This document shows, piece by piece, positions 61,833 to 64,000 of a stretch of DNA of 64,000 nt. The notes beneath the pieces are model-generated. The model was given only the letters and a program-made list of their open reading frames with translations, did no database searches and was not told the DNA's origin. The DNA lies in NCBI GenBank assembly GCA_030390025.1, contig CM059429.1, forward strand, positions 131,936,001 to 132,000,000. The letters run 5' to 3'. The DNA comes from Squalus acanthias. Lineage: Eukaryota. Positions within the stretch are counted from its first letter, which is position 1, and the number at the start of each line of letters is the position of its first letter. The translations under genes were made by a program, and so were the position numbers.

Positions 61833-62466
61833 GAAAAAGTAATCAAAACATTTTAATTTTTAGTTTCAGTATTTTCAAATACAACGGTGATGAAATGGGG
61901 AAGGGGAGATAACATCGTAGTTAATATCAAAGCCTATTAATTATCACTCATGAGCTGTGAGGTAATCATGAGTAGATATTTCACACAGATGCAGTACATG
62001 TTCTCTAGCTACTCTCCAAGTATAGGTGTTACTACCCAGACTTGTTGGGATTATCACTGAAAACAATTCAAGAATATTCCATTTTTTGTATGATAAACTA
62101 AGTGAAGATAACCTCATGCTGATCCTAGAGTTATTAGGTCAGTTCTCTTCAGCAGAAAAGTCTAAAGTTCACCATGACCTTGAGCTTTCCAGTATAAATC
62201 CTTTACCCACACTATCCCAGCTGTTTTTTTTTTATTGTGGACAAAAGTTACATCTTCAGTGGTGTTCTGTAACCTATTAAATTAAGAACCAGCTTAATTC
62301 ATCTATTGCTCAATATCATTTGTGCATAGTGTACACTGCTATATAGGGATACAGAACAGATCTTTGCAGAAAGCTGCTATTCAATAACCCCCATCTCATG
62401 CTTTTTCCATTTGTCAGCTCATTTTAGTATTTTTGTATGGTAATTATCTTGTACACAAAGTTCATT

Positions 62467-63216
62467 GGCCTGGATATTGCAGTCACTGAAGTGACGGCGC
62501 TCGCTGCTGATCTTGAAGAAAGCTGTCTACATAGATCAGGCAATCTCTGTGGGGTGGATTTCACCTTTCCTGATGTTAATTTCATTCTGGTGTCACCTAT
62601 AGGGGATCTCCAGGGTCCACCAACAGTGATGTCACCAAGCAAGCTAAGCAGCCAATCACACTTTAGAATTCTCACAGACAGCAAACCAGGAAGTAAAAAG
62701 CACTGATTATCCGTCACTTTTTATCATCTTACAGAGCGAAATAAAGATTGGGACATACACATGGGATTAAGGTAGAAGCCGAAATATCATAAAGAAACTT
62801 TAAAAATTTTTTTTTAAATCTAGGAATTTTATCATAATGGATAAATTTGACATTCCACAAATATTTAATTTTGCAGGGCCGGAAAGGTTGTCAGCAGTAA
62901 TTAGGACTTAGAACACCATTAAAAAATCAGTTACACTTCATTCAACAAGGCATAACTTTTTTTTTTAAGGGTTTTCAGAGTGAATAGTGCATAAAAAGCT
63001 GAAGTTCACATCAATTCAAGTGCTTTCTAAGATTTCCATCTGCTAGGACTGCAACAGTGCACCCTGTGGAGGAGCAGGGCATCACTGACAGCAACTTCAG
63101 GATTTCGGTGTTTGTAAAGGCGCATGTGCAGACTCCAGAAGTTGCTGTCAGTTTTACAGAGTAATGACGGCGAACGCCGACAGTTTTGCCATCATTACAA
63201 CTGCAAATTCTGGGCC
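62467..63216. mobile_element. PIF/Harbinger-like MITE (family of 8218-8967)
   Basis: TIRs GGCCTGGATATTGCAGT / ACTGCAAATTCTGGGCC; shared core gactgcaacag(c/t)gcaccctgtggag; flanks ATT/AAT. Confidence 0.8.
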
Positions 63217-63436
63217 AATACTGGTTCTCATGAGATCAGAGCATTAATCTGAGAAATCAAAGAGTTTTCTGAGGCTATGTTGTTTCTATAAAAATGTTAT
63301 CTTATCAGTTGTGTATGTTGTAAATAAATACATTTAACAGTGACTAAAAGGAAATTTATTTTGCTCTCTAGCACTAAACTGCAAAAATGAAACAAAATAT
63401 AATAGAAAGAGAAAGGAGTGTATCAAGTCTACTTAC

Positions 63437-63802
63437 ATTTTTAGTTCTATTGAGTAAACCATTTGATTTTTTTTCTTTTATGAAGTTTTTAGTTTCTCCT
63501 GAACCTTTTGTGTCTTTATTTTCTCCTGAATCTTTTGTGTCTTTCATTTTCTCCTGAACCTTTTGTGTCTTCATTTTCTCCTGAACTTTCTGTGTCTTCA
63601 TTTTCTTCTGAACTTTCTGTGTCTTCATTTTCTCCTGAACTTTCTATGTCTTTATTTTCTCCTGAATCGTTTGTGTCTTTATTTTCTCCTGAACTTTCTA
63701 TGTCTTTATTTTCTCCTGAACCTTTTGTGTCTTTATTTTCTCCTGAACTTTCTATGTCTTCATTTTCTTCTGAAATGTTTGCGTCTTCATTTTTCTGAAG
63801 AT
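63437..63802 (-). CDS. RPGR: RPGR penultimate exon with an 11 x 9-aa acidic repeat; apparent +1 frameshift at ~63542-63545
   Basis: Acceptor ttttcttttattgataaag (or cag at 63797-63795); donor AAT|gtaagt, phase 0, matching the terminal exon. Reads LQK-(N[E/K]D[T/I]xxSGE)x11-TKNFIKEKKSNGLLNRTKN once one extra base is removed. Confidence 0.72.
63494..63791 (-). repeat. 27-bp tandem repeat, 11 units (AAT[G/A]AAGACA[C/T]AGAAAGTTCAGGAGAA-type)
   Basis: Directly visible. Confidence 0.95.
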
Positions 63803-64000
63803 CTTTATCAATAAAAGAAAACAGTCATGAATACTTTTTACTCATGTAGTTGTGACTTTAAAACATCAACAGGTGATTAAAGTATAACATGTATTTTGAA
63901 AACTTTAACAAATATAATATAGCTTTACAGCTAAAACACAGTTACAATAAGATGTGAAGCCACTACTTATCAACTTCTACCGAAATAGATGCTGACAGTA

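Noticed and set aside
63374-63814. RPGR ORF15, or the ORF-track proteins MKTQKVQ.../MCLYFLL...
   Set aside because: The segment ends in a splice donor leading to the CAAX exon and lacks the ORF15 Glu-Gly tract and basic terminus; the listed ORFs are alternative frames of the repeat.

Overview
Vertebrate genomic DNA, most likely a shark or other cartilaginous fish, inferred from the repeat repertoire (CR1, L2, Penelope, Deu-domain SINEs, LF-SINE, Harbinger-like MITEs). Two minus-strand host genes are supported. The first is the 3' end of RPGR: a penultimate exon with an 11 x 27-bp acidic repeat and an apparent +1 frameshift, then a terminal exon ending in a CAAX box (CVLV). The second is the 5' end of SRPX: a signal-peptide exon at 39188-39254, a ~32.8 kb intron 1, and exon 2 at 6287-6358. 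This gene order matches human Xp11.4 as I recall it. Most of the rest is nested transposons: two near-full-length CR1 LINEs, L2 and SINE copies, Penelope fragments with minimal hammerhead ribozyme motifs (including a head-to-head double-hammerhead hairpin), a split DIRS relic, and Harbinger/hAT/Tc1-type MITEs. A ~1 kb GC-rich 34-bp minisatellite lies in SRPX intron 1. Most ORFs in the track are TE-derived or spurious. I found no clearly new biological system. The best leads are the RPGR repeat exon and its frameshift, the double-hammerhead hairpin, and the stop-free minisatellite. Gene and TE names come from remembered motif similarity, not database searches.
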